Positions 11,567-24,823 of a stretch of 64,000 nt of DNA are shown here, piece after piece. The stretch is from the NCBI GenBank assembly GCA_043228905.1, contig JBHGNT010000009.1, positions 15,872,001-15,936,000 on the forward strand, given 5' to 3'. Source of the DNA: Azolla caroliniana (lineage: Eukaryota; Plantae; Polypodiophyta). The notes under the pieces are model-generated. The model saw nothing but the letters and a program-made list of their open reading frames with translations, ran no database searches and was not told the origin of the DNA. The position numbers and the translations under genes were made by a program. Every line of letters begins with the position of its first letter. Position 1 is the first letter of the stretch.

Positions 11567-14500
11567 TGTTAGAACCAAGGATAAAGGATAGAGTGATGGA
11601 AGAAGGATATTAGAGAACACGAGAAGAAAGGAACGAAATACTAACAGAAGAATGGATGTATAAGATAGAGAAAGAAAGAGAATGGATACAAGATATGTAA
11701 TGAGAGCTAAACACTGGTGTTGATTCGAATTGATTTGAGAATACATGTATGCCCTTATTTATAGGTTCCTATAGAATAGATTAGAGATTTCTAGAATGTT
11801 CTATAATGTTCTAGACCTAGAATGCTCTAGGACATTCTAGAACATTCTAGAATAATCTAGACGTTTTACAATAATCAATGTAATACAAGAAGTAGCTTTT
11901 ATTGTTTCATATAACAATAAGCTATCTTAATGGTTGAGGTTTTCAAGTTTGGATTACAAGGTTCGAGGTTCAAGTCCGGGTGACGCCATAATGGTCATGT
12001 GTTCATGTCACTATCCCTCCTTCGAGAACGCCGAGTGGAAGTCAGCGTTAACATTGTTGGGCCGGGCTTGTTTGGATAGTGACGATGGAAGTCATTGACC
12101 AGAGCTTCAGCATTACAAACGTTATCGATGGGTTCCCAAGTGCGATCACTCGGAGGATAGCCAAGCCAATCAACTAGATAATAAAGCTTATTGTGCACAA
12201 TCTTAGAATCGAGAATAGCAGCTACCTCGTATTCGGGGCCGTCCACAAGTTGTACAGAAGGCGGTGGTGGCACGACATGATTAGGAGTTAAAGAGGTGCG
12301 GCAAGGTTCCAAAAGAGAGCTATGAAAGACAGGGTGAAGCCGCATATGCGCAGGAAGGTTAAGACGAAATGTTGCATCATTAATCTGCGCCATGATGACA
12401 AAAAGACCTAAGCGTTGATAGTCAAGCTTAGCACATGATCGGGTAGTCTTGATGTGACGACGAAGCAACCATACACCGTCACCAACCTTAAACGGAGACT
12501 TAAGACGATGTCGATCGGCATTGGTCTTATGGTGTGCTTGCGCTTTCTGAAGATGTGACGATAACTCGAACTGGATTTGTTGTAGTCGGTGGAGGTGATG
12601 CGCCACACTAGGGTTTCGTGACACCTCGGGAAGATCCAGTATACACCATCGAGGGTGGTTGCCCGTATAGGCAAAGAAAGGTGTAACTTTGGTAGAAGAG
12701 TGGACCGTGTTGTTGTATGCAAACTCGGCAAGATGTAAAATATTACTCCAATCATCTTGTTGATAACTAATGAAACATCGAAGATATTGCTCGAGCGTTT
12801 GATTTGTGCGCTCTGTTTGTCCGTCAGTTTGTGGATGATAAGCCGAAGAGAGTTTGCAAGAGATTTTGAGGCCTGCCCATAGGTGCTTCCAAAAGTGTGA
12901 GATAAATTGAGGACCTTGATCGCTAATAATATCATTCGGGAGACCATGATGGCGAAACACTTCACGCATAATGAGATCTGCAGTTTCTTCATTATTGATG
13001 GTCTTTACACATGGTACAAAATGTGCCATCTTGGTGAACCGATCCACTACTGTTAAAATAATATCAAAGCCTTTGGAAGGTGGCAGATCCGTAATGAAAT
13101 CCATAGAAATAGACTGCCATGGCTTGTTGGGAGGGGGTAATGGTTGTAGTAAGCCATAAGGGTGATGCCGAGGTATTTTGGCGCGACAGCAAGTGTCACA
13201 AGTGCGAACATAATCTTCGACAAATTTTTGCAAGTGAGGCCACAAAAACGAACGTTTCACTAGCTCAATGGTCTTGGAAATACCAAAATGTCCAGCCATG
13301 GGGGCATCATGACAATGTTCCAACACTTGAAGTCGGGGTGATCCGTTGGGGACGTAAAGGAGATTCTTGTAGAAGAGTAAGCCATCTTGCTACTTGAAGT
13401 CCTAATAATGTTGAGATGACCCTGGCAATGTGGAGCAAGATGGACGACTTGAACCACAGTGGGCTAAGACATCCTTAGCGAAATCATCCGAATGAAGTTG
13501 TTGCCGAATAGTGTCAAGAAGGGTAGAATCAAGTGGCGTGGCATAAATTGTTGTTACCTGTAGCTTTGATGGCCCGAGGAGAATTTGCTTTTGATTGTCA
13601 AAGGCCGGATCTCCAGGTCGAAGTGCTAGATACGAATGCCGAGACAAAACATCTCCTTTCCCTTGTTGTTTTCCGGGGCGAAAAATGATCTTGAAATCGA
13701 AACGCGTTAGAAATTGGGCCCACCGAGCTTGTCGTCTATTTAATACTCGAGTTGTTTGAAAATATGTGAGATTTTTGTGATCACTATAAATGATAATCTG
13801 ATGAGGTGATCCTTCTAGAAAATGACGCCATTGCTCGAATGAGTCGACCACAGTTAGTAACTCCTTGTCATGCACCTCATAGTTTATCTCCGAAACAATA
13901 AATTTTCTCAAGTGAAACGCGACTGGATGTGTCTTCCCGTCCTCGCTTGGTTGCAATAGGATACTCCCCAATGCAAAGTCTGATGCATCCACCTCAATAG
14001 TAAATGGCTTTTCAGGATCAATATGTGCTAGGATGGGTGCTGATGTGAATGCCTCTTTCAGCTGCGTAAAAGCCTTGTCCGCTTCGATGCTCGAAAAAAA
14101 TGCTTGATTTTTCTTGGTGAGTTGAGTAAGGGGCAACACAATGCTTGAAAAATTATGTATGAATTTGCGATAGAAGTTCGCAAATCCGAGGAAACATTGG
14201 ACATCTCGAACTGAGCATGCGGGTTTCCATTCCAATATTGTTTGGACTTTTGCCGGGTCCATGAAAACACCCTGGGATGAAATAGTGTATCCCAAAAATT
14301 CGAATTGTTTGCAATCAAAACTACATTTCTCAAGTTTGGCATAAAGACCATACTTCCTTAGGCGTTCAAGTACTTGCCGCACATGTATATCATGCTCCCC
14401 CTGTGTTTTAGAGTAAATCAATAGATCATCTAGGTAGATGATTAGAAAAATATCCAAGAAATCCCGGAAGATGTCATTTGCCATATGTTGGAATACTGTA

Positions 14501-15938
14501 GGTGCATTTGTGAGCCTGAAAGGCATGACTGTATACTCGAAATGACCATATCGAGCACGAAATGTTGTTTTCCACTCATCTCCCGACCGAACTCAATTTT
14601 GGTAAAATGCTTTGCCCTACCAATGCGTTCTAAGAGATTGGAGATTAAAGGTATAGGATACCTATTCCTTATGGTGAGTTTATTTAAGCCTCGATTGTCC
14701 ACGACCAAACGAAGGGAGCCGTCCTTTTTCTTCACAAAAAAGATAGGAGCACCAGCTGGAGACTTTGAATGTCGAATAAACCCATGTGCAAGATTTTCCT
14801 CGATGTATTCTCGAAGAACCACAAGCTTAGTGGGTGATAAATTGTAAATCGGACCCCACGGTGGCTCTTTTCCTAGTTAGAGATCAATAGAACAGTCGTA
14901 CAACCGATGCTTTGGAAGAACACTAGCTTTGACTTTGTCGAAAACATCAACATAGTCTTGATATTTCTTGGGAATTTGGATGTCTGAATTCCCTTGAGTG
15001 ACACTAGAAGGTGTCACTGATACTGCAAATAAGAAAAGGTCCTCCTTGCCTCCCACTCGGCACAATTGTTGCAATGTGATGGCTGAAATTTGATGAGAAG
15101 GATATGGTGCATCGGTAAAACTATATACTTTAGGAGGATAATCCCGAGTTCGATCCTTGACAATGATATTTTCTACTAAAGGGCACCTAATTTCTCGCTT
15201 CCTCCAGTCGATTCTAGGGTTATGTAGCTCGAACCATGGCAAACCAAGGACAATTGGATGCTTAGGACTACGGATTATGTTAAAGGAAACTACACATCCT
15301 AAATCACCCAAGAGTATGTGTATTGGCTCAGACCTTTCAAATATCTTCCCGGAAGCTATGGGGCGTCCATCAATCACTACTACGGAAACTGGACAAGAAA
15401 GTGTATGGAAGGATATTTGGTGTTTTTGGGCAAAATCTCTATCCATGAAACAAGAATTGGCTCCAGTATCTAAGAGGGCTTGGACTTGAAGTTGATAACT
15501 GGGTGTCCTAACTTGTACTAGGGCTGAGAAGACTCTACTAACATGCTTGGAAGAAATGGAACCCACACTAAGTTGTACATATCTAGGGTTGTCCAACCAA
15601 ATGGCTCCTATTTTGGCCGGACTTATTCGTTTGACTCCTCTTCTAATTGGCTTAGGACTTCAAATTTATTAGATTCACTAACTGCTTCTAAAATGTTGGA
15701 CTCATTTTTATTGACTTAGTGAATTTGATTTACTTGACGTCTCAGCCTATGGGAGCAATGAATGGCTATATGTCCTGGACCTCCGCAATATAAGTACAGA
15801 TGGTTTGCTCGACGACGTTGCTTCTCTTCGTCTGACAACGGTCCTTGTCGTTGAGTCATGTCAATCTCCATGGGTGCAGGACTATCCATTGGGAGTGAAT
15901 CTTGATCTTGTTATTTGTTGTTGTCGCTCACATCGACA
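11567..15938 (-). mobile_element. Ty3/gypsy chromovirus mosaic: copied 3' LTR, INT, RH and RT of copy B joined to the protease and gag end of copy A; 5'-truncated
   Basis: LTR at 11567-12010. YLDD RT motif, EVDASD RNase H, LLDTGA protease, gag zinc knuckle near 15760-15800. Abrupt junction to copia sequence at ~15938. Confidence 0.9.
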
Positions 15939-17619
15939 AACTTACCACATTTGAGTTAGGTGGCTTTTGGACAACTGTGCATGTGTGATTCTTGTATAGT
16001 GCATCAGCCTCAACTTTTACTGCCTCCAGCCATTTGTCTTTGTTTGGACTTTGTAGAACCAGTCTCAGTGTAAGTATAGGAACAAATGTAACAATATCAT
16101 TTGTAACATATGGATGTAATGCAGAAACATCTGAATCTACAATAGATACGAAGCAGTTCTCTATCATATTTGTAGCATCATAGATTTCGCGTAGAGACCG
16201 AGTTTTCCCTTTCTTTGCCCGATCTTGTGTTGATGTTCCTATTGTAGTAGATATCGATCGTGAGCAAGGTGGTGAATTTTCCCGAGCATGTGTTGCCTGC
16301 TTCCCAAGTATGAATTCCTTCCCATGTGATCTTGTACTCGTTTTGATTCTTTGAGCATCCTTAATTGTTGTATCTCCTTGAGCAACATCAAGTTGTAATT
16401 CTTGTATACATACTCCATCATCCATATGTGAGGTTCCAGATGATGATTTACCTTCATCAAATAACCAGTCTTCATCAAATTTAACAGATCTACTATATAC
16501 CACCTTACCAGTCTGTGAGTTGTAGATTTGTATTCTTTCATGCCATTGGAATCACCATATCTAATGAATCTTCCTTTGAAACATTGATCATCTAGTTTGG
16601 ATTTGTGGTGCTCATGGACATACACATAGGCAACTGCACCAAATACTTTAAGATGAGAAACATTAGGTGGATAGCCATACCATAATGTAAAAGGGATTGC
16701 ATTTCCTAATGCACTGTGTGAAAATATGTTTTGCAGGTAGCAAGTAGTGGAGATTGCCTCCTCCCAAAAGTTTTCAGCATGCAGCGGGTTGCATTAAGCA
16801 AGGTTCTATTTTTTCTTTCTACCACACCATTTTGTTGTGGTGTGTAGGGGACCGTTTTCTGGTGAAGTATACCATTTTCTTGACAAATTTTTTCTCATTC
16901 ATGAGAGATATACTCCCCTCCATTGTCGCTGCGAAGTATCTTGATGGTGCTTGATGTTTGTTTTTCTGCATATTTTTTATACTTGCAGAATGCTACAAAT
17001 GCTTGATTTTTTTTCTTAATAAAGATTACTATTATGAATCTGGTAGTATGATCTATGAAAGAAATGAAATACCTTGCACCTGATAAGGATGGTATCGGGA
17101 ATGGTCCACATAGATTTGTATGGACGAGTTGAAGTAGACGCTCTATCGTTGTTGAATTGTCTGTAAATGGTTGGTGTGTCATTTTTCCAAATAGACAACT
17201 TTCACACATGAGATCTGAATTGAAGATTTTGGATGGCAACCCTTGAACTCTTTTTTGTTGTTGACATTGTTGTAATGCTTGATAGTGTGCATGCCCAAGC
17301 TGGCAATGCCATAATTGAGTTAGTGAAGATCTTTTCTTGTGATGTATTTGCAAGACTGCTGAGAATGCATTTGGAGGATGACTCCGTATTGGATATAAGT
17401 GCTTCTCCTTGGGAAACACCAACTATGTACCTGTGTTTCCATTTTTGAAAAATAGAATTGCTTTCTCTTTATAAAATTGTATTATTTGTCCATCTACAGT
17501 TGCTTGTCCAACTGATAACAGGTGTTTAACTAGTCCTGGTACATAATAGACATTTGGGACTGTAATCTCGTGATTATCTGACAATCTGAGTTGAATGCTT
17601 CCTTTGCCGATTGTTGTTA
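15939..17619 (-). mobile_element. Ty1/copia internal fragment (protease end, integrase, start of RT), degenerate
   Basis: LWHCQLGH, CESCLFGK, LRSDNGGEY, VFGAVAY, SRSVKFDE, KWLEAVKVE. Possibly the upstream part of the element whose 3' end lies at 3444-4596. Confidence 0.88.
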
Positions 17620-19263
17620 CCTAGCCGAATTTTGAGACTTCCAACAGCTGTGCAAGAAGTTTATCCAACTATTCCATCGGCGGATTCCAGAGTGAAAAAT
17701 GATGAGCTAGTTCTACGTGGTGTACTAGGAACTGCATGAGATAGTTCCACAGTTCGTCATTCGATTCCAGAATCTTTGGTGGTAGTTGGCATGCCCTCCC
17801 CCGACAGAGGAGTTCAAAGAGACATTTTTGTCGGCCCTCTGAGAACCACTTAGAATGACCTTCGTAGTCATTGATTTCACAAGGACGACACTCGATGACG
17901 TCATCAATTGGGTGTTGATCATGGACAATGCCCAAACCAACAACAACATGTCAATGGTACAGTGGTACAGTGGATGACGAATTGTGCTTTCGACAAGTGG
18001 TACAGTGCACGACTTGCCTGAACCCAAGCCATTCGGCAGTTGAATGCACACTACGGACGCATTGTCCAATCTGCCACTCGAGGGCTCATACTCTTGAGCA
18101 ATGTGAGTATAACCTGCTGAACAAATTAGTAGTGTCGTTTCGACAAATAGACCCGCAGCAGACCTGACCCTGGACAGACGGTCGGTTTCGGTAGCTGGCC
18201 CGCTATAGGGACGACAAGCGGCCCCGTTATGTTGAAAGACCCTGGCAAGAAGAGGATTGGTATTAGGAGGACAACTATAGGCGTGATTATCGTGATTGTT
18301 ACGACAATGATTATGCACCCCGATACGACCATTGGCCGCCGACAAACAACAGGGTGGATTTGCCAAACCTAGGCATTATGGGGACAATTGAAATCAACGT
18401 CGAATGGATGACAACCAAGGGAACGGTCTTCGAAAGTTGCCACATAACAATCGGAGGGATAATCTCGACAACCTCGACATACGAGGCAATATCAATGCAA
18501 TCCTCAGATTTGAGAGGAACCAGAAATGCAACCAAAGTTGCCGCACACGGTGCCAATAGAGCAAGGATAATCTAGCACGACGGCGGAACTCCAATGTTTT
18601 ACTTGACAACAACCCAGCCACTATGCCAGTCAGTGCCCTCGAAGGGATAAGTGCAAGGAACCAGCCGTGAACACTATCATGGCAGAAGTCCAACAAGTCA
18701 CCACGTGGAGCAAAACGAAGCAATCAGACTAGGAAGTACAGGACGAGATCCCAAAGGCATCAAAGGTATGGATCGAAAAAGCCAATGGGACCAATGCCGA
18801 GTGGATACAAGAAGAGATGCAAAATAGTTTGATACTAGATCGCTTACCCCGACCACAATTGTCGACTGCCAACGAACCACGAGACAAGGACCCCATTTGG
18901 CAAGCTTTGACGGATTGTTAGATCACAATGATCATGATCAAGCTGCTAAATCTAGTCCCTCGGTTCAAAGAATCAGTAGCGGCAATAATGCACAACAATG
19001 AACAATCGACGGTGCCCAGTCACCTTGTTGAACCGACGGACGAGCCGTTCATCATGGACCACTAAAAGCCCCCAATCATGGTAATCATCAATGGGTAGGA
19101 GCTAACCTGGCTGATAATCGACAGTGCTTCAAGGGTGAATGTCCTTACTAAAGCCACATGCGATTGGTTGGGCATCAAGTAGTGGGAGGTTTACCCATTC
19201 TGGCTTCGGATGGATGACAGAAGCTCTGTTCATCCCCTAGGGCTTATCCGAAATCTGGAGAAC
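17620..19263 (+). mobile_element. Degenerate non-chromovirus Ty3/gypsy gag-protease fragment
   Basis: Twin CX2CX4HX4C knuckles (CTTCLNPSHSAVEC, CPICHSRAHTLEQC). Decayed protease IDSASRVNV and FWLRMDD..VHPLGLIRNL. Confidence 0.7.
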
Positions 19264-22200
19264 TGTGGAAAATATTAAGCAAAAATTAATAAATTAATAT
19301 ATATTAATAGTTAATAGTTCTTATGAATACGGTTTCCTTCATGAGAAGAAAACCGTAATTGTTTTAGTGGTGGTTTTATAAAGCCACCACCAACGTTGTA
19401 ACTATTAGGCATTGTAATAAAACAATACGTTTTCGGTTTCCCTAATCTCTCTCTCTCTCTCTCTCTCTCTTCTTTCTCTCTCTCTTTCTTCTCTCTTTCT
19501 CTTCTTTCCCTACATGGTATCAGAGCCAAACGATCTATAACCTATAGTGTATGCCTTTCTTAAATCACAAAACACATGCCCCCATCATAATTTAACTTTC
19601 ATGCCCATATGAAAATAATCATATTTATAGTGTCCAAGATCATCAAGTAACAAAAGACAATTTTGTGTTTGTCGTGCGTTGATCCGGACAACCCTCTGCA
19701 ATAATGGCACAATCTATGTCGTCGTCACAACTCAACATGCGAAAATTCACGATCGAGAAATTATCGAACACAAATTATTGAATTTGGAAGGGAAGATTAG
19801 AATTACTTTTTAAATATAATGAAGTATGGGACATAATTTCAGGATCGTCGACAAAACCTGAAAAAGGCGAAGAACTTGAAGAATATGAAGAAAAAGACTT
19901 GTGTGCAAGAATGGAAATTCTAATGCACGTAAGTGATGGCCCTAGAGAAACATTGCGAAAAATGGAGAAGGCTCATGAAATGTGGAAGCACTTACAAACT
20001 ATCTACGAGCCGAAAAATGATGCCCAACAAGCGCATACACTTCAAGCGCTTGTTAATTACAAAATGAATGACGAACAACTGGTTGGTGAATTTCTATTAA
20101 TATGGCAAAAGAAATTAGATGATGTGTTAACTTCTGGATTAGAAATCCATCATAAATTACAAAAGATTCTCCTTCTTGGTGCTCTTCCTCACTGTTGGTC
20201 CACTTTTAGAACCACCAAAAACTCTATAAATTGTCCAACGCTAATTGATCTTCTTGCAAACATTAGACAAGAGGAAACAATGTGTTCACAAAGGTCTTCA
20301 AATTCAACTCCAAGTGTGGCAATGGTAGCATACAAGAACAAAAGGTTCACCCAAAGATGAGAAAGCTCGAAGCCGTGGATAAAGAAAGATCAAAACACAA
20401 AACAAGGAGGAATGTGGTTCAACAATACCTATTGTAAAATATGCAAACGTACAAATCATGCAACCAAAGATTGTCACGCAAAGTCAAATTTCAAGAGTTA
20501 TCAACCATGGAAGCGTGTACAAGCCCATCTTGTTGAAGAAGAGATGGATGATGAAAAAGTCATAGGAGATGGATATCAAAATGGTGACAAGTATGACGAC
20601 GTCCTTCAAGCATTCATTGCCGAATCACTTTCGGTGACGATTCCAAACCCAAGTAATGTAAATGACATATGGTATCTTGACACTAGTGCTAATAACCACC
20701 TAACTAATAGAAAAGATTGGTTATGTAACTATAAGGATGTTGAACGTCCTATCATTGTAAGATTTGGAAATAATGGGACTAAACAAGTTATTGGCAAGGG
20801 TGATATTACTTTTGAAGTCATAGGAGGAAGACATTTCACAATCAATGAAGTTCTCTATGTCCCGGGCATCACCAAACATTTGCTATCGGTTAGTCAAGCA
20901 ATGACAAATGGTACTATCATTGAATTTCATCCTAACCATGCTATTATTAAACATAAAGCCTCAAATGGAGAACTTATTAGAACATGTTGTAAACAAGAAG
21001 GAGGCTTATATCCCATAAAATGTATTCCTATATCTCTTATTTTAGAAGCACATCATACTACCCCAATACAATCCTCCATATCTTTAACCAATCTTCATTC
21101 TCCTTCTTCTCTTTGGCACTTTCGTCTAGGTCATATGCATTTCAATGCTCTAAAAACACTAAAATGTAATAATCTAGTCCATGGTTTGCCAAAAGAACCT
21201 TTCAAGCCCATCTCTTTGTGTGAAAGTTGTATCCTTGGGAAAATGCCCCAACAACCATTCCCAAAGCATAGATCTAGAGCCACTACCCCTCTTGCATTAG
21301 TACATAGTGATCTATGTGAACCTTTTCCAACCCCTTCTCTTAGTGGAGCCAAATATTTCATTAGCTTTATAGATGACTTTAGTTTATTTACAATCTTGCA
21401 TTTTCTCAAGTACAAAAGTCAAGCTTATCAAGCATTCAAAGAATACAAGGCTTGAGTCGAAGTGCAAACATCATCAAAGATTAAAAGTCTTCAAACCGAT
21501 GGTGGTGGTGAGTATATGTTTCATGAATTTGAAAGTTTATATCAAAATGAAGGCATACATCATAGAATATCAACACCACACACACCAGAACAAAATGGTG
21601 TATCCAAAAGGAAGAATAGATCACTTCTCAATATGGCTCGAAGTATGTTACAATTTGCTCACTTATCGCCTCAATTTTGGGAGGAAGCGATGGGCACCGC
21701 TTGCTATATTCAAAATCGAGGATTTCATAGATCTTTGGGGCTCCAAACCCCTTATGAACTATGGCATGGTCACAAATCTAACTTAAGTAACCTTCATATT
21801 TTTGGTTGTGATGCTTATGCTTTTGTGTCAAATGTTCAAAGAAATAAGCTAGATCCAAGGGCTACAAAATCAATTTTCATCGGGTATGGAGAAGCTTCGG
21901 GATACAAGGCATACAAGCTCTACGATCCACAAAAACGAAGAATATTCTTTAGTCGTAATGTGATATTCCACGAAAATGGGCCTTCTACAAAGGTTTCTTC
22001 TTCACTCTCTTCTAATCTACCTCCCTTATTACCTACCCCTACCCACTTACAACCATCTTCCTCAACCATCTCTAATATTAATAGCTCTCATATTGAAGGA
22101 GCCAACATTAGCTCATCCTCTACTTCCACTATTTGTGTTGCTCTTCCATCTATTCACAAGGCAAAGATTAATCCTACTCAACCAACTAATTCTTCTTCTC

Positions 22201-23147
22201 ATCTTCCCTCATTCGAATCTCTAGATGATTCTCTTTCTCATACTCCTTGAAATACACATTGTTTAACTCCCTCTAATAATACACATAATGTTATCTTCTC
22301 CACTCCCTCTCCTAATCCTTCATTCCAAGCGTCATCACCAACTTCTCCACCAAACTCTCCACCTCCAAAGTATAGATCTCTAAGTAGTATTTATGAACAA
22401 CTTGATCAAATGGAAGCACATTTCGTGGACTTGGACCATGAAGCTTATATACAAGAAGAAGATATTCCAACCCTTAGTGATGACACAAATCTATCGGCCA
22501 AAGATGCACTTTCCGGATCGGATTCTATCAAATGGAGAAAGGCTATGGAAGAAGAAATGAAGGCTTTAATTAAAAATGGTACGTGGACCCTTGTTGAGCC
22601 TCCAAAAGATCGTCAAATAATTGGTTCTAAATGGGTCTTACGCATAAAGCGAGATAATATTGGCAATCCAATTCGCTTCAAGGCTTGTGTAGTTGCTAGA
22701 GGATTATCTCAAGTACAAGGTATTGATTTTCAAGATACATTTAGTCCAACGCTAAAAATATGTGGTTTTCGAATGCTCGTTGCTCTTGCCGCACAACATG
22801 ATCTAGAATTGCATCACTCGGATGTACAAACGACTTTTCTTCATGGATATTTAGATGAAGAACTTTATCTACAACAACCACAATTTTTTGAAGATCCAAG
22901 TCATCGGACACATGTTTATCGACTTCGTAAATCTATTTACGGCCTTAAGCAATCTCCACGCATATGGTATCACAAACTACACTCTTTTCTTATAAAAGAT
23001 GGATATCATCATCTAAACAATGATCCAAATATATACGTTAGAAAAGCCAAATCCAATTTTATTATCATAGGGGTCTATGTTGATGATTTGCCCTTGATCT
23101 CTATGAAAAGAATCGGGTATGATTCTTGTGTAGCGGAAGAGATGTGT

Positions 23148-23201
<54 letters not shown>

Positions 23202-24823
23202 TGAGAGAGAAAAATAGAGGAGAGAAGAGAACACAAGATAGATAAGCAAGAGAAATAAAATACTCAAGAAGAAGGATATTTCACAAGTAGAATGGAGATA
23301 CAAAATTGTAGCAGTACAAGGAGTCACAACCGACTTAATATGAAGTGTGAGGAGGGTGCTTTATATAAGTCACCCTCTCTCTTCATTAACTTACAACAAT
23401 CACTCTCTCTCTTGGGGAATGTGAAGACTCATAGTCATGGGGAATATGGAACTCATTAGTTATGTGTCATAAAATATGATTATATGACACATAGTTTAAT
23501 GTGTAGAGAGTGGTATGACTCTTGACCTTTGAGTGCACATGGATTCTCAAAGGTGTGTTCACACGTTGCACTATGTTGAGCTTGATTCTCAACACTCTAA
23601 TTCTAAATCTTATCTAGCTATTGCAAAGAAGGAACTCTCGCATATTTCTTTCCTATCATCGATTTAGCCCCTATGACACATTTTCTTGGCATAAAAGTAA
23701 CTCAAAATAGAACAAATCATATTATCTCATTATCACAATCAAACTAGATAATTCTATTCTCCAAAGATTTGATATGCAAACCTATTAGTACTCCTCCTAC
23801 CTCTCCATGTAAAATTTCAAATGATGATTCTCCCAAAAATGAACGAGAAATTTCCGAAATGAAGTATGTACCCTATAAACAAATCCTTGGGTGTATAAGA
23901 TATCTAGTAAGTTGCACACGTCTCGATATTTGCTTTGCCACCGGTTTTCTTTCTCGTTTCATGGCTAATCTAGGACCAAAGCTCAAAACATTACTACGAT
24001 ACTTGAAGCATACTCAACATTATGCGTTGATTTACTCGGCCACACAATCTAAGTCAACCACACTTGTGCAAGGATGGACAAATCCCACTAGCCAACTAAT
24101 TGGTTGGCCGGACTCAGATTGGGGGGAGATGTGGACGATCGCAAATCAACAGGTGGCTATGTTTACACACTCGTTGGCGTTGCAATTTCATGGAAGTCGA
24201 AGAAACAAACTACCATAGAATTGTCATCCACCGAAGCTGAATATGTTGTCACGGCTTTAGCGGCTAAGGAAGGCATATGGATTAAAACTATGCTCGAAGA
24301 ATTTAAACTATTTATTATTCCAACAGTGACTTTGTTTTGCAACAATCAATCTTGCATCAAGTTAGCCAACAATCCGAAGATGAGCAACAATATACGTCAT
24401 GTGGATTTAAAACATCATTTTTTTCGCGATCTCATTGAAACAAAGAGGATAGAGTTAAAGTTTGCTCGCACTCATCAAATGTGGGCCAATTTTAAAACGA
24501 AGCCTCTTCAACACTCTAAGCACATTATTTGTTGCAAGCAAGTTGGATTAATTGATGTAATCCAAGATAAAGATGAAAACCTACACTTCTAGAAATTTTC
24601 GCTTAGGGGGGAGTGTGGTAAATACTAAGCAAAAATTAATAAATTAATATATATTAATTGTTAATAGTTCTTATGACGGTGGTGGTCTTATAAAGCCACC
24701 ACCAACGTTGTAACTATTAGGGCATTGTAACAATACAATACGTTTTTGGTTTCCCTCATCTCTCTCTCTCTCTCTCTCTTCTTTCTATCTCTCTTTCTTC
24801 TCTCTTTCTCTTCTTTCCCTACA
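19264..24823 (+). mobile_element. Full-length but decayed Ty1/copia element
   Basis: LTRs 19264-19514 and 24614-24823 (TG..CA). TSD AGAAC on both sides. PBS TGGTATCAGAGC at 19515-19526, PPT at 24605-24613. Gag-PR-INT-RT (YVDD)-RH in fragments. Confidence 0.96.
23104..23594 (-). mobile_element. Solo LTR of the 33941-48142 copia family, inserted in RT
   Basis: Homologous to 33941-34406. TSD CTCTA at 23099-23103 and 23595-23599. Contains a (TG)n tract at ~23150-23198. Confidence 0.95.

Larger units (their letters stand above)
7989..14498 (+). repeat. Recent segmental duplication of 31289-37798 (offset 23,300 bp)
   Basis: Line-by-line identity. Only one difference spotted in 7989-12010 and about a dozen in 12011-14498. 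Divergence rises sharply from 14499. Confidence 0.95.

Noticed and set aside
11141-11746. ORF with a hydrophobic, membrane-like N-terminus plus RNase H (also 34441-35046)
   Set aside because: Gypsy LTR CT-rich sequence joined to copia RNase H at the insertion site. Not an env gene.
23013-23327. ORFs with (VC)n or (TH)n runs
   Set aside because: Translation of the (TG)n microsatellite in a solo LTR.
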